Assembly: GCA_041665505.1 (NCBI GenBank)
Contig: JBAYIR010000002.1
Location: forward strand, 75,602 to 139,601
Direction of reading: 5' to 3'
Length of the DNA: 64,000 nt
Source: Patescibacteria group bacterium
GTDB taxonomy: Bacteria; Patescibacteriota; Patescibacteriia; UBA1558; GWA2-36-10
Shown: piece after piece, positions 45,431 through 57,142 of the stretch
How positions within the stretch are numbered: the stretch's first letter is position 1
Layout: the number at the start of each line of letters is the position of its first letter
Program-made: the position numbers and the translations under genes
The notes under the pieces: generated by a model
What the model saw: the letters and a program-made list of their open reading frames with translations, nothing else
The model's database searches: none
What the model was told of the DNA's origin: nothing

Positions 45431-46444
45431 CTAAAATAACTTATTATTTTTATTCCTATCTATACCTAAATACTCATAGGTTTTATCTGTAGCTACTCGA
45501 CCCTGAGAAGTACGAGAAAGCAAACCTAATTGCATCAGGTATGGTTCAAATATTTCTTCAATTGTGCCAGCTTCTTCTTGGACAGAAGCCGCTAAAGTGC
45601 TCAGTCCGACTGGACCGCCACTAAAATTTTCTACAATTATTTGTAAAAGTTTTCTATCCAAATCATCTAGACCATAGGTATCTATAGCCATCATATCTAG
45701 AGCTTGTTTGGTCAAATCATAAGAAATCTGGCCATTGCCTTTGACCTGAGCATAATCTCTGACTCTTTTTAATATTCTATTGGCAATACGAGGAGTAGCC
45801 CGAGAACGGCTAGCTATTTCTGCTGTGGCTTGATCATCAATGGTAATAGCCAAAATATCAGCGGCTCGTTTAACAATTTGAGCTAGCTCTTCTTTATTAT
45901 AAAAATCCAATCTAAAAGTCACCCCAAATCTATCTCGCAGTGGAGAAGAAATCAAATTATATCTAGTGGTGGCACCAATTAAAGTAAATTTTGGTAAATC
46001 CAAACGAAGTATTTGAGCAGAAGGTCCTTTACCCAAGATAATATCTAAAGCAAAATCCTCCATAGCCGGATAAAGAATTTCTTCTATAGTTTTATTTAGC
46101 CGATGAATCTCATCAATAAATAAAATATCTCCTTCTTGCAAATTGGTAATAATAGCGGCCAAATCTCCCGCTTTAGAAATAGCTGGACCAGAAGTTACTT
46201 TTACTCCCACTCCCATTTCTTTGGCTATAATATGAGCCAAAGTGGTCTTACCTAATCCTGGTGGACCATAAAGCAAAGTATGATCAATCGGCTCTTGCCT
46301 ATTTTTAGCCGCTTGAAGCACAATATCAAGATTTTTTTTTACTTGCTCCTGACCAATATAATCTGCTAATTTTTGGGGACGCAAAGTCAAATCCCAAGTG
46401 CGATCTGTTTTCTGTTCTTTAGCTGATATGACTCGCTCTTCCAT
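45431..46444 (-). CDS. ruvB: Holliday junction branch-migration ATPase RuvB.
   Basis: [19 protein letters not shown]...[18 protein letters not shown], followed by an AAA+ domain and a winged-helix C-terminus. Confidence 0.95.
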   Translation of the reverse strand: MEERVISAKEQKTDRTWDLTLRPQKLADYIGQEQVKKNLDIVLQAAKNRQEPIDHTLLYGPPGLGKTTLAHIIAKEMGVGVKVTSGPAISKAGDLAAIITNLQEGDILFIDEIHRLNKTIEEILYPAMEDFALDIILGKGPSAQILRLDLPKFTLIGATTRYNLISSPLRDRFGVTFRLDFYNKEELAQIVKRAADILAITIDDQATAEIASRSRATPRIANRILKRVRDYAQVKGNGQISYDLTKQALDMMAIDTYGLDDLDRKLLQIIVENFSGGPVGLSTLAASVQEEAGTIEEIFEPYLMQLGLLSRTSQGRVATDKTYEYLGIDRNKNNKLF

Positions 46445-46445
46445 G

Positions 46446-46718
46446 TTATAAATTATTTTTTTCTAAAGTCACCTTTTCTTCTTCTAATAAAGCCCCCCAT
46501 TTATCATGATCAAAATTTGTAGCTAGCTGTTTCTTTTTTTGATAATTTTCAAAAATAATTTCTGCCTGAGAAACATCTTCTTCCAAAATTTCTAACAAAC
46601 CAGCTAAACTATTATCTGGAATTCTTGATAATTGTACCAAAAGCTTATCTATTTTATTTTTATCAAGCTTAGATTTTTCTAATAGTATTTTAATTTTAGG
46701 AAAAATTAATTGACTCAT
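46446..46718 (-). CDS. Hypothetical small protein.
   Basis: 90 aa, acidic, predicted helical. Confidence 0.35.
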   Translation of the reverse strand: MSQLIFPKIKILLEKSKLDKNKIDKLLVQLSRIPDNSLAGLLEILEEDVSQAEIIFENYQKKKQLATNFDHDKWGALLEEEKVTLEKNNL

Positions 46719-46723
46719 ATTTT

Positions 46724-47305
46724 TTATTTATATTGTTCCCACATTTGATAAAATTCTTGTAAACCGACACTGGTTTTTAAAGCTTCTCTAAATCCAGTAA
46801 TATCTTCTGGATTAGCTGTCCCATCTGGGCTAGAATCAAAATGCTGATCAACATACTCAGGTAAATGAGTCATAACAGTATCAATGGCTGCTTTCAATTC
46901 TACAGTCGTAAGCTTCCCATCGTCACCTTTTAAATCAGCCGCAAAAAAATAAACTAAATCACGGGCTTGCGTTCTATTAAATTCCTCATCCATTGATACT
47001 TTTATTTCCTGTAGCTGTTTTAATAAATCAAAAACTCTCTGTTTTGATTGTTCGGCTTGTTGTTCTGTATTTGGTTTTTCTTTTACATCTAGCTCCCCCG
47101 CTTCGACAAGTGCTGGACTAGCAAATGATAAAGTGGTAAGTAAAGCAAAAACCTTGGCAAATGATCTAGCTTTACCACGAAAACTATTCATTATAGTATC
47201 TTCTTGTTCTCTCAACTCATCTAACTGGGGTTTTTCTTTAGGTGTTTCTATTTTAGGGGCTTCTCCAAATCTCATAAATTTAAAATAATAATTAAATTTA
47301 AACAA
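46724..47305 (-). CDS. Hypothetical protein, possibly secreted.
   Basis: 193 aa with an internal hydrophobic segment [21 protein letters not shown]. Confidence 0.35.
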   Translation of the reverse strand: MFKFNYYFKFMRFGEAPKIETPKEKPQLDELREQEDTIMNSFRGKARSFAKVFALLTTLSFASPALVEAGELDVKEKPNTEQQAEQSKQRVFDLLKQLQEIKVSMDEEFNRTQARDLVYFFAADLKGDDGKLTTVELKAAIDTVMTHLPEYVDQHFDSSPDGTANPEDITGFREALKTSVGLQEFYQMWEQYK

Positions 47306-49814
47306 GGGTTACCGATGATACTCTATCGTCACTATCTTTAAAGCGCATCAACCTGACACCTTGAGTAGCGCGTCCTAAGACATTGACTGACTTGATAGGC
47401 AACCTAATCACTTGGCCTTTTTTGGAAATAATAATCATATCTTCATCTTCGGCCTTGCCAGAAACTATTTTGGCAGAAGCAATGTTACCAGTTTTGTCAG
47501 TCACTTGAGCAGTCTTGATACCACTACCGCCACGGCCTTGTACTTTATAAGAAGCCACCGCTGTCCGCTTGCCAAAACCATGAGACATCACTACCATCAG
47601 TTGCTCATCAGAAATTGATTTTCCGTCAGTGATTAAATCTACACCAACTATTACATCATCTTTTTTAAGACGAATAGCTCTGACCCCAGAAGCTGAGCGA
47701 CCCATGGCTCTGACATCTTTTTCTCTAAATCTAATGGCTTGACCTTTAGCAGTAGCTAAAATAATATCATCTTTGCCTGATGAAGTTCTAATCCAATTAA
47801 GGACATCATCGCCTTTTAATTTCATAGCTATTAGTCCACTATGGCGAACATTATAGAATTGAGATACTTCTACTCTTTTAATCACTCCGTATTTAGTCAA
47901 CATGACAAAATATTTAAAGACTTTGAAATCTTCACTTTGAATAATGGAAGATACTTTTTCTTCTGGAGATAATTGCAAGAAATTAACAATATTTTGACCT
48001 TTAGAAGTACGAGACTGTTGAGGTACCTCATAAGCTTTGAGTTGAAATACTCTGCCTCTGGTGGTGAAAAACATTAAATCAGCATGGGTGCTAGTAGACA
48101 TAAATGTCTGCACCTCATCTTGCTCTTTGGTAGTTAGGCCCATAACACCTTTGCCACCGCGACTTTGGGTACGGAAATTTTCTGGAGAAAGCCTCTTGAT
48201 GTAGCCATCGTGAGTCATAGTGATAACAGTTGCTTCATTTGGTATCAAATCTTTGGTCTCCATCTTACCAATGGCGGACTTAATCACTTTAGTCTTTCTT
48301 TCATCAGCAAATTTGTCTCTTATCTCTTTAAGCTCAGTTTTGATTATATTTAATATCTTTGTTTTATTTTTCAAAATAGCTTCTAATTCTCTGATCAATT
48401 GTAATTTTTCTTTGAGTTCATTTTCAATCTTCATTCTCTCTAGATTGGCCAAAGATTGTAATTTCATTTCCAAGATAGCCACGGCTTGTCTCTCACTTAA
48501 TTTGAATTGCTTCATCAAATTTACTTTGGCAATATCTTTATCTTTAGAAGCTCTAATTGTTTTGATAACCGCATCAATTTTATCCAAAGCTTTTTTCAAA
48601 CCTTCCAAGATATGAGCTCTGTCTTTGGCTTTTTCCAAATCAAATTGAGTCCGACGAGCAATTACTACTTGACGATGCTTAATATATTCTTCCAAAATAC
48701 CTTGTAGAGTCAAAACTCGTGGCTGAATACCATCAATTAAAGCCAACATGTTGACGTGAAATTTCTCTTGCAGTTGAGTATGTTTGTAGAGATTGTTTAA
48801 AATTTTATTTGGGTAAGCTTCTTTTTTTAGATCAATTACTACCCTGACACCGTCTCTATCTGATTCGTCACGCAAATCTTTTATCCCTTCTAATTTTTTA
48901 TCTTTGACTAGTTGCGCAATTTTTTCTAGTAGATTGGCTTTGTTGACCTGAAAAGGCACAGAAGAAATAATAATCTGATATTGGCCAGCCTTGCTTTCTA
49001 TAATATCGGCTTCCCCACGCATGACAATACCCCCACGACCAGTAGCATAGGCGGTTCTAATATCTTCTATATTATAAATCATACCGCCAGTTGGAAAATC
49101 TGGTCCTTTAACTATATTCATCAAATCTTCGATAGTCGCTTGTGGTTTATCTATTAGTAAAGTAATAGCATCTATCAATTCTCCGAGGTTATGAGGTGGA
49201 ATATTTGTAGCCATACCGACCGCAATACCAGTAGTACCATTTAAAAGTAAATTTGGCAGTTTAGCTGGTAACACTCGAGGCTCTTTGTGTGAACCATCAT
49301 AATTTGGGATAAAATCAACAGTGTCTTTTTCTATATCAAACATTAGCTCCTCAGCTAAAGCTTGTAATTTAGCCTCCGTATAACGCATAGCAGCAGCACC
49401 ATCACCATCCATAGAACCAAAATTTCCCTGACCATTAACCAAGGTATAGCGCATAGAAAAATCCTGAGCCATTCTGACCATAGAATCATAAACAGCCACG
49501 TCACCGTGTGGATGATATTTACCAAGCACTTCACCGACTACGGTGGCTGATTTTCTAAATTTAGCAGTATGCCTCAAACCAATGGTCCACATCGCATACA
49601 ATATTCGACGATGGACTGGTTTTAAACCATCTCTGACATCAGGTAATGCTCGAGAAACAATAACACTCATGGCATAATCAATATATGAGCTCTGCATCTC
49701 TTCCACAATAGATAAAGGTTCTACATGACCACGATTATCTATCAAGACATCTTGTTTTGGTTTTTTTTCTTCCTTTTTTTCAGACTCTGAAATAGAATTT
49801 TTCTTTGTTGGCAT
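47298..49814 (-). CDS. gyrA: DNA gyrase subunit A.
   Basis: [17 protein letters not shown], active-site AAMRYTEA, and C-terminal beta-pinwheel repeats are present. Confidence 0.96.
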   Translation of the reverse strand: MPTKKNSISESEKKEEKKPKQDVLIDNRGHVEPLSIVEEMQSSYIDYAMSVIVSRALPDVRDGLKPVHRRILYAMWTIGLRHTAKFRKSATVVGEVLGKYHPHGDVAVYDSMVRMAQDFSMRYTLVNGQGNFGSMDGDGAAAMRYTEAKLQALAEELMFDIEKDTVDFIPNYDGSHKEPRVLPAKLPNLLLNGTTGIAVGMATNIPPHNLGELIDAITLLIDKPQATIEDLMNIVKGPDFPTGGMIYNIEDIRTAYATGRGGIVMRGEADIIESKAGQYQIIISSVPFQVNKANLLEKIAQLVKDKKLEGIKDLRDESDRDGVRVVIDLKKEAYPNKILNNLYKHTQLQEKFHVNMLALIDGIQPRVLTLQGILEEYIKHRQVVIARRTQFDLEKAKDRAHILEGLKKALDKIDAVIKTIRASKDKDIAKVNLMKQFKLSERQAVAILEMKLQSLANLERMKIENELKEKLQLIRELEAILKNKTKILNIIKTELKEIRDKFADERKTKVIKSAIGKMETKDLIPNEATVITMTHDGYIKRLSPENFRTQSRGGKGVMGLTTKEQDEVQTFMSTSTHADLMFFTTRGRVFQLKAYEVPQQSRTSKGQNIVNFLQLSPEEKVSSIIQSEDFKVFKYFVMLTKYGVIKRVEVSQFYNVRHSGLIAMKLKGDDVLNWIRTSSGKDDIILATAKGQAIRFREKDVRAMGRSASGVRAIRLKKDDVIVGVDLITDGKSISDEQLMVVMSHGFGKRTAVASYKVQGRGGSGIKTAQVTDKTGNIASAKIVSGKAEDEDMIIISKKGQVIRLPIKSVNVLGRATQGVRLMRFKDSDDRVSSVTLV

Positions 49815-49837
49815 ATTATTTTAAAATTTTTGATATT

Positions 49838-50449
49838 TTATTTAACTGCAGAATCTACACAAGCTATTTGATTAACAAAACCCTCCTCCACTATAGCCAA
49901 GCAACCGTATTTAAAAATATTTTCGGAACAGATGCCGCTTGTTTTGACTGGTCGTCCTTCGGAGATAAACCTTGAATAAATTTCTGGCCCTTGTGATAAA
50001 TCTACTGCACAATATCCCTGACACTCACTACTATCATTACATTCTTTTCCTCCATCAGTAGTAGCTAAAAAACATTTTAAATCTGTTTCATTCCACTTGG
50101 CACTAATGGCCTCACAATCTACTTGATTCTGTGGTGTTTCTAACAAAGCATTCTTCTCTTTATCAGCTAAATATTTTTTAGTTTCTTCAATTAGTTGTTC
50201 TTGCTTAGTCTGCTTAATAAGCTCATCACTGAGACCAGCTAAATCTTCTTGTCCGACTTCAATAGAGCCCTTAATATTTCCTACTTCATCACTAGTATTA
50301 TTTTGGATTTGATCCAAAAAATAATTTTCTTTCCCCACATCAGCAAAAGGCTTACTAGCTAGCCATTGCCAAGTAATAATCCCCATAAAAAATACTACTA
50401 ATATTACCAAAATTAAATTTTTGCTCCCACCTGGCTCAAATATAATCAT
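49838..50449 (-). CDS. Membrane-anchored Cys-rich hypothetical protein.
   Basis: 203 aa with an N-terminal TM helix and at least 9 cysteines in the C-terminal domain. Confidence 0.4.
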   Translation of the reverse strand: MIIFEPGGSKNLILVILVVFFMGIITWQWLASKPFADVGKENYFLDQIQNNTSDEVGNIKGSIEVGQEDLAGLSDELIKQTKQEQLIEETKKYLADKEKNALLETPQNQVDCEAISAKWNETDLKCFLATTDGGKECNDSSECQGYCAVDLSQGPEIYSRFISEGRPVKTSGICSENIFKYGCLAIVEEGFVNQIACVDSAVK

Positions 50450-51096
50450 TTTTGTAATTTAAGTATAATTAATTTGATATCTTCCACCGGAAGATCTGCT
50501 TTTTTTATTTTATATTTTTCTTCTTCCTCTGGTTTAACACCAAATTCTTTTATAAAAACCGTCAAATCATCTACTGCCAATTTACCAGAACCAGATTTAT
50601 AACAACTAGGAATGACTATCCGTGGTTCTACTTGCTGGATAAGTCGGCTAGCTTCTTTGGCTGTGGTCAAATCTCCGCCACCGACAGGTAAAATTAACAT
50701 GTCAGCACCCTCAATCAACTCTAAATCGTCATTTGATAAATCACCATGCCCAAATTCTCCCAAAAAAGCAATTTTAATTCCTTCAAAAACTACATAATAG
50801 ATAATATTGCCTTTGACCTCACGGCCATAAACAAAAACGTCACCCACTTCATACTCGCCTGGCGAATCAACCACAAAACTATCTTTGTTTAATTTAACTT
50901 TGGCTATCTGACTAGGGTCTGAAAAAAGAATAATATCAGCACTAGCTGCTGGTAATTTAGTGACCTTATCCAAAGTATAAGGATTGAATATTAGGGAATG
51001 TGAAGTGTTTTTTAACTTAAAGTAATTAAAGCCATGCCATGAAATTATCATATTTTTATCTATTTTTATGCCTTTTAATACTAAATATTTTATCAT
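50446..51096 (-). CDS. MBL-fold metallo-hydrolase-like protein.
   Basis: MIISWHGFNYFKLK...SLIFNPYT and ...LILPVGGGD resemble UPF0173-type Zn-hydrolases. Confidence 0.45.
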   Translation of the reverse strand: MIKYLVLKGIKIDKNMIISWHGFNYFKLKNTSHSLIFNPYTLDKVTKLPAASADIILFSDPSQIAKVKLNKDSFVVDSPGEYEVGDVFVYGREVKGNIIYYVVFEGIKIAFLGEFGHGDLSNDDLELIEGADMLILPVGGGDLTTAKEASRLIQQVEPRIVIPSCYKSGSGKLAVDDLTVFIKEFGVKPEEEEKYKIKKADLPVEDIKLIILKLQK

Positions 51097-51306
51097 AAAT
51101 TAGGCTAAAAGTAAAGACAAAAATAAGGGGTTTTTCACGATATTTATGGCCTTTTAAGCGCCAAAAACAGACTATGACTAGAGACTTGATTTTTTCTAAC
51201 ATTTATGTTAATGTAAGTCAGCTTATAAATAATAAATCATCTTCAAATATGACAAATTTGAAGGCTCAATCCCATCTTGGGAGGGGGATAATTAATAATA
51301 ATTAAT

Positions 51307-52545
51307 ATGTCAGAAGAAAAAACACTTAGCCAACATCCAATGGATATTCTGCTTGCAAATGAAAAAGCAGTTAATATTCCCAAGGAGGGCGATCTAGTGA
51401 CTGGTGCTATTATCAGTCTTTCAAAAAATGAGATTTATCTTGATATAGATGGTATCACCACTGGTATTATCCGTGGTAGAGAAATTTATGATGAATCAGA
51501 TGAAACTTCAAATCTAAAAATTGGTGATATTGTTACTGCTACCGTCATTGGTCTAGATAATGAAAACGGTTACATGGAGCTGTCACTACGTGAAGCTGGT
51601 CACAAAAAAGCTTGGGACAATTTAGAAACTCTTTATAAAGAAGGATCTATTGTGGATAGCAAGGTGATTGATGCTAATAAAGGTGGTCTCATGATCAAAA
51701 TTGGTAATGTCGTAGGTTTTCTACCTGTTTCTCAATTAACTATTGAGCACTATCCTCGTATTGAAGGTGGTGACAAAAACAAAATCCTTGGTCACTTAAA
51801 AAGTTTTGTAAACCAATACCTGAAAACTAAAGTCCTTGATCTCAACGAAAAAGAAGAAAAACTAATTGTTTCCGAAAAAGCTGCTTGGGATGATAAACAA
51901 AAAAAAGTTATTTCCAAATTTACAGTTGGTGATAAAATAGAAGGCAAAGTTACTGGCGTAGTAGATTTTGGAGCTTTTGTAGAATTTGGTGATGGCCTAG
52001 AAGGTCTGGTTCATATCTCAGAATTAGCTTGGCAGAGAATTGATAATCCTCGAGATATCATCAAAGTTGGTGATAATGTCAAAGCAGAAATTATTGATAT
52101 TGAAAACACCAAAATTTCCCTATCTATCAAAAAACTACAAAGAGATCCTTGGGTGGAAGTAGCTGCTAAATATCAAATCGGCCAAAAAGTAAAAGGTAAG
52201 GTCTTAAAAGTAAATCCCTTTGGTGCTTTCATTGAACTAGATGACGATATTCACGGCTTGGTCCATATATCCGAACTAAGTAATAAAAAAGTTTCCAATC
52301 CGGAAGATTTGGTAGCAGTTGGTAAAGATTATGAGTTTACTATTCTCACTATCGAACCAAAACACCATCGTCTAGGACTTTCTCTAAAAGGAATAGACAA
52401 AAAGCCAAAAACTCCTAGCGAAGTAAGCGAAAAAGACGAGACTAAAAAAGAAGATAAAGAGTTAGAGGCTAAGCCCGAAGAAAAAGTTGAAGAACTAAAA
52501 GATATACCATCTGAAGCTTTAGCCAAGGATGAAGACAAAAAATAA
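51307..52545 (+). CDS. rpsA: 30S ribosomal protein S1 (4 S1 domains).
   Basis: Repeated S1 OB-fold motifs include GDLVTGAIIS and VGDKIEGKVTGVVDFGAFVEFGDGLEGLVHISEL. An acidic/lysine-rich tail is present. Confidence 0.8.
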   Translation: MSEEKTLSQHPMDILLANEKAVNIPKEGDLVTGAIISLSKNEIYLDIDGITTGIIRGREIYDESDETSNLKIGDIVTATVIGLDNENGYMELSLREAGHKKAWDNLETLYKEGSIVDSKVIDANKGGLMIKIGNVVGFLPVSQLTIEHYPRIEGGDKNKILGHLKSFVNQYLKTKVLDLNEKEEKLIVSEKAAWDDKQKKVISKFTVGDKIEGKVTGVVDFGAFVEFGDGLEGLVHISELAWQRIDNPRDIIKVGDNVKAEIIDIENTKISLSIKKLQRDPWVEVAAKYQIGQKVKGKVLKVNPFGAFIELDDDIHGLVHISELSNKKVSNPEDLVAVGKDYEFTILTIEPKHHRLGLSLKGIDKKPKTPSEVSEKDETKKEDKELEAKPEEKVEELKDIPSEALAKDEDKK

Positions 52546-52641
52546 ACCTATAAATTTTGCCCCGTTAGAAATATCCTCTGATATTTGATATACTACATAT
52601 TAATAACAGACTTCTAACGGGGTTAAAAAATAATAAATTTT

Positions 52642-54447
52642 ATGAAAAATATTTTCAAAAATTTCCTAATATTCTTCTTGATATTTGCAGCTATCATGAC
52701 TATTTTTAGTCTATTCGACAAAAATAGCCAAAGTATTGAAAAAATATCAATAGCCAAATTAGTTCAAGAAATAAATAATGAGGAAGTACAAGACATTACT
52801 GTCAAAGGTAGTGAACTTGATATATTGCTAAAAAACGAGAGCAAACAGTCTAGTAGGAAAGAAACAACCGAGTCTTTAAGTGAAGTACTTAAAAACTACG
52901 ATGTCTCAACTGAAAAAATCGCTAGCGTAAATATCAGCATTGGTGAAGAAGCAAATTCTGGATTCTTACTAACTGTCATTTTACCATTTGTCATTCCTGC
53001 TCTATTTATTATCGGCCTAATTTGGTTTATGATGCGCCAAGTCCAAGGGGTCAATAGTAAGGCTATGACCTTTGGTCAATCTGGTGCTAAAATTGACAAC
53101 CAAAAACAAAAAGTTAGTTTTAAAGATGTAGCTGGGGCTAAAGAAGCTAAAGAAGATTTAGAAGAAATAGTAGAATTTCTTAAACACCCTCAAAAATTTA
53201 TTGCCATGGGAGCTAAAATCCCCAAAGGAGTATTGCTCTTGGGCTCTCCTGGTACTGGTAAAACACTTTTAGCCAGAGCCACTTCTGGTGAAGCCAATGT
53301 CCCATTTTTCCATATCTCTGGTTCTGAGTTTGTGGAGATGTTTGTCGGTGTTGGTGCTTCCAGAGTCAGAGACTTATTTAAAAAAGCCAAAAAAGCCTCT
53401 CCTTGTATTGTCTTTATAGATGAAATAGATGCCGTCGGACGTCAACGTGGTGCGGGCTTGGGTGGTAGTCATGACGAAAGAGAACAAACCCTCAACCAAA
53501 TTTTGGTAGAGATGGATGGTTTTGATAATCAAACAAATATTATTGTCTTAGCCGCTACCAATCGACCTGATGTCTTAGATCCAGCTCTACTTCGCCCTGG
53601 TCGTTTTGATAGACAGGTAGTAATTGATTTGCCAGACATCAAAGACCGAGAGGCTATTTTGGAAATTCATGCCCACAAAAAACCATTAGCTAAAGATGTT
53701 GATTTAAAAATGGTCGCTCAACGCACCCCAGGATTTTCTGGAGCTGATTTGGCCAATCTACTAAACGAAGCAGCTATTGTGGCCGCTCGAGCTGACAAAA
53801 AAACTATTGACGGTCAGACAGTACTTGATTCAATTGAAAGAGTATTACTAGGTCGTGAGAGAAAAAGCCATATTTTATCTACCAAAGAAAAAAAGATAAC
53901 AGCTTATCACGAAGCTGGACATGCTTTGATAGCTCATATCTTACCTAACGCTGATCCCGTACATAAGGTTTCTATTATTTCTCGTGGTCGAGCCGCTGGC
54001 TATACCATCAATCTTCCTAAAGAAGACAAGAAGATGCTATCTTATTCTGATTTTATAGATGATATGGCCGTACTCTTAGGTGGTTTTGCGGCTGAAAAGA
54101 TATTTTTTGGTGAAGTAACCACTGGAGCCTCAAACGATTTACAGAAAGTGACTGCGATGGCCAGAAAAATTGTTACCCAGTTTGGTATGGATGAAAAACT
54201 TGGCCCTCGCACCTTTGGTCAAAAAGATGAAATGATTTTCTTGGGAAAAGAAATTCATGAACGCCGAGACTATAGTGAAAAAACTGCCGAGACTATTGAT
54301 ACTGAAATATCCAACTACATAAATAATGCTCTAAAAACTGCCGAAAAAACTATCAATGATAATAAAGATAAAATAGAAAAAATAGTAGCCGTTTTAGTAG
54401 ATAAAGAAACTATAGAAAAAGCTGAGTTTGAAAATTTATTAGCCTAA
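52642..54447 (+). CDS. ftsH: ATP-dependent zinc metalloprotease FtsH.
   Basis: Two N-terminal TM helices are followed by an AAA domain ([18 protein letters not shown], second region of homology) and the zinc-binding HEAGHAL. Confidence 0.96.
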   Translation: MKNIFKNFLIFFLIFAAIMTIFSLFDKNSQSIEKISIAKLVQEINNEEVQDITVKGSELDILLKNESKQSSRKETTESLSEVLKNYDVSTEKIASVNISIGEEANSGFLLTVILPFVIPALFIIGLIWFMMRQVQGVNSKAMTFGQSGAKIDNQKQKVSFKDVAGAKEAKEDLEEIVEFLKHPQKFIAMGAKIPKGVLLLGSPGTGKTLLARATSGEANVPFFHISGSEFVEMFVGVGASRVRDLFKKAKKASPCIVFIDEIDAVGRQRGAGLGGSHDEREQTLNQILVEMDGFDNQTNIIVLAATNRPDVLDPALLRPGRFDRQVVIDLPDIKDREAILEIHAHKKPLAKDVDLKMVAQRTPGFSGADLANLLNEAAIVAARADKKTIDGQTVLDSIERVLLGRERKSHILSTKEKKITAYHEAGHALIAHILPNADPVHKVSIISRGRAAGYTINLPKEDKKMLSYSDFIDDMAVLLGGFAAEKIFFGEVTTGASNDLQKVTAMARKIVTQFGMDEKLGPRTFGQKDEMIFLGKEIHERRDYSEKTAETIDTEISNYINNALKTAEKTINDNKDKIEKIVAVLVDKETIEKAEFENLLA

Positions 54448-54449
54448 TT

Positions 54450-54477
54450 AAAACCCGGCACTGGCCGGGTTTTTTAT
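54450..54477 (+). terminator. Intrinsic terminator of ftsH.
   Basis: AAAACCCGGC-ACTG-GCCGGGTTTTTT. Confidence 0.85.
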
Positions 54478-54536
54478 TTAAACAAAAACATATTTTACTA
54501 CTAGATTTATTTATAAATATTAGCTAAACTATTTAT

Positions 54537-55241
54537 ATGAAAATAGAACTTCATCCTAGCTCTGAGAGAGGGGCAAATAAGCTAAGCTGGTTGGACAGTA
54601 AGTTCAGTTTTAGTTTTGCCAATTATTATAACCCAGCTAGAATGGGTTTTGGTGCCCTACGGGTATTAAATGATGATATTATTGCCCCTAATCAAGGTTT
54701 TGATTTACACCCACATGATAATATGGAAATTATCACTATAGTAATAGAAGGCCAATTGGAACACAAAGACTCTATGGGTGGACATGGTATTATCAATAAT
54801 AATGAAATACAAGTAATGTCTGCTGGAACTGGCATAATGCATTCTGAATATAATGCTTCTACTACTAGCCCCTTAAAGCTTTTCCAAATTTGGATTGAAA
54901 GTAAAGAGCATGATATCAAACCACGTTATGAACAAAAAAACTTATTAGAAAAAATACCAGTAAATAAAATCATTAGCTTGGTATCTGGAGATAAAGATTC
55001 TGAAACTCTATATATACATCAAGACGCTAAAATATCTATGGGTTATTTTGATACTAAACAGGAAGTTGAATACTCACTAGCTAATAAACATGGATTATTT
55101 ATTATGAACATAGCTGGCCAAATATCATTAGGCAAACATAAGCTAAATAAACGTGATGCTATAGCTATTAGTCAAACTAATCAAGTAAAAATAAACGTCC
55201 AGGAGCCTTCAAAAATTTTACTCATAGAAATTCCTATTTAA
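54537..55241 (+). CDS. Pirin-family (cupin) protein.
   Basis: FDLHPHDNMEIITIVIEG...GIMHSEYN are the pirin N-terminal cupin motifs. Confidence 0.85.
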   Translation: MKIELHPSSERGANKLSWLDSKFSFSFANYYNPARMGFGALRVLNDDIIAPNQGFDLHPHDNMEIITIVIEGQLEHKDSMGGHGIINNNEIQVMSAGTGIMHSEYNASTTSPLKLFQIWIESKEHDIKPRYEQKNLLEKIPVNKIISLVSGDKDSETLYIHQDAKISMGYFDTKQEVEYSLANKHGLFIMNIAGQISLGKHKLNKRDAIAISQTNQVKINVQEPSKILLIEIPI

Positions 55242-55265
55242 AAAAATAAGTATTATAAAAATAAG

Positions 55266-55922
55266 ATGAAAGAGATAATCCGACAACTAGAAATAGCTGT
55301 AGCTGAAATGTTTAATGCCCAAAGTTGTGGGCATGACCTCAAGCATCTAAAAAGGGTTCTGAATTTGGCTTTGACTATTCAAAAAAAAGAAGGTGGTGAT
55401 AAGATAATTATTGGAGTAGCGGCTTTTTTACATGATATACATAGAGTAATGCAAAAAGATCATGGTCGCTATATATCTCCCCTAGACTCTCTACCTAAAA
55501 TTAAAGAGCTTTTAGCACCATTAAAATTATCTGAGGGGCAAAAAGAAAAAATATTACACTGCATTGAATTTCATGAAGAATATAATTTTGCAAAAAGTGG
55601 AAAAACTGTCCATGACCTAGAAACATTAATAGTCCAAGATGCTGATAACTTAGATGCGATAGGCGCAATTGGAATAGCTCGTTGTTTTGCTTATGGAGGA
55701 GCTCATCAAATAGCTATGTGGCTGCCTGAAATAAGTCTCAAACAAAAATCTTATAGTGCTGAAAAACATGATCCTTCTAGCATCCACCATTTTTATAACA
55801 AATTACTAAAATTGCAGGATGATATGAATACAGCCACCGCCAAAAAAATGGCGGCCAGTAGGCATAAATATATGAAAAAATTCCTTCAAGAATTTTTTGC
55901 TGAATGGCAAGGTGAAAAATAA
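55266..55922 (+). CDS. HD-domain phosphohydrolase.
   Basis: The GHDLKHLKRV...AAFLHDIHR H..HD pattern is present. Confidence 0.55.
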   Translation: MKEIIRQLEIAVAEMFNAQSCGHDLKHLKRVLNLALTIQKKEGGDKIIIGVAAFLHDIHRVMQKDHGRYISPLDSLPKIKELLAPLKLSEGQKEKILHCIEFHEEYNFAKSGKTVHDLETLIVQDADNLDAIGAIGIARCFAYGGAHQIAMWLPEISLKQKSYSAEKHDPSSIHHFYNKLLKLQDDMNTATAKKMAASRHKYMKKFLQEFFAEWQGEK

Positions 55923-56045
55923 ATTATCAGCTAGCCTTAGCTGACTATAAACACTTTTGTTTTTTTATCAGTTTTATTGTATAATATAGATAGCTAAAAA
56001 AATAAAAAGCTTCCGTCTATCAAACGGAATAAATAAAATAAAAAT

Positions 56046-57005
56046 ATGTTTTACAGAAAAGTTTATCCTAAAGCTTGGCAATTAGTTAAAAGCAACCCAA
56101 TTATTTGGTTCTTTGGATTATTTGCCTCATTATTAGGCTTCTATGAAATACAAATCATCTTTAATCTCTCTGATAGTTTCCCAGATTTTATCAGCTCCAA
56201 CATTAAATCTTGGATGGACATCTTTGTTACTTTTTCTACCATTACTATTAGTTGGGCTAATTTACCAGACGTCTTAGCACTACTGGGCTTATTTATTTTA
56301 TTCTCTGCCGTTACTATCTTAGCTGTATCCTCACAAGCCTCTTTGACTTATTCTGCCGGTCTGCAAGGTAAAAAATATATCAAGGAAACCCTAGGTGAGC
56401 AATTAAAAAATGGTGTTGATAAATTTTGGCCAGTTTTTGGTCTTAATATTATCAATTCACTTATCGGATACTTCTTTGTATCTTTAGTTCTAACACCAAT
56501 TATATATTTCTTATCCAATACTAATAACTGGCCGATTTATATTATACTAGGTCTATTCACCTTCTTTATACTTATTCCTTTAGTGATTACTATCTCCTTT
56601 GTCACTAGATACGGCATAGCTTATATTATGCTAAAAAATCAAAAATTTACTGATGCTTTTGTAAATAGTTGGCTTTTATTTAAAGTTAATTGGATTATTA
56701 CTATAGAGAATGCTTTCTTATTACTAGGTTTAACCATTCTGGCTCTCGTAGCTATTATTAGCTCCATGGTTTTTGTCTTTGTACCTTTCCTAATTATGGC
56801 CAGCCTTATACCCTTTTTAACCTTAATGATTGTGATTATTGGACTATTTCTAGTGGCTGTAGTATTAATACTAGGTAGTTCTATATATAGTGCTTTTTAT
56901 AATGTAGTTTGGGCTAGTATTTTCTTAGAATTAATAGCCCCTGGTAAAAGCCATAGTAAAATACACCGTATAGCTCATAAACATTTACCTATATTGACCA
57001 GATAA
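56046..57005 (+). CDS. Polytopic membrane protein, hypothetical.
   Basis: 319 aa with about 6 TM helices. Confidence 0.4.
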   Translation: MFYRKVYPKAWQLVKSNPIIWFFGLFASLLGFYEIQIIFNLSDSFPDFISSNIKSWMDIFVTFSTITISWANLPDVLALLGLFILFSAVTILAVSSQASLTYSAGLQGKKYIKETLGEQLKNGVDKFWPVFGLNIINSLIGYFFVSLVLTPIIYFLSNTNNWPIYIILGLFTFFILIPLVITISFVTRYGIAYIMLKNQKFTDAFVNSWLLFKVNWIITIENAFLLLGLTILALVAIISSMVFVFVPFLIMASLIPFLTLMIVIIGLFLVAVVLILGSSIYSAFYNVVWASIFLELIAPGKSHSKIHRIAHKHLPILTR

Positions 57006-57020
57006 AAAAATTTAATACAT

Positions 57021-57065
57021 AAAAAATCATCCAGTTGCTGTGAGCAGCTAGATGATTTTTTATTT
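57021..57065 (+). terminator. Intrinsic terminator.
   Basis: The imperfect hairpin ATCATCCAGTTGCTG-TGA-GCAGCTAGATGAT is followed by a T-run. Confidence 0.6.
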
Positions 57066-57142
57066 TCCGACAGTTGGCAGATACAAAATTGACTTAGAGA
57101 GTATCAATAAAGTATAATTATCATAGTTATTAAAAGAAAAAT

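Noticed and set aside
55923-55966. A terminator after the HD-domain gene (TCAGCTAGCCTTAGCTGA hairpin).
   Set aside because: The stem is short (7 bp) and the T-run is 13 nt away from the hairpin. It is too weak to call confidently.
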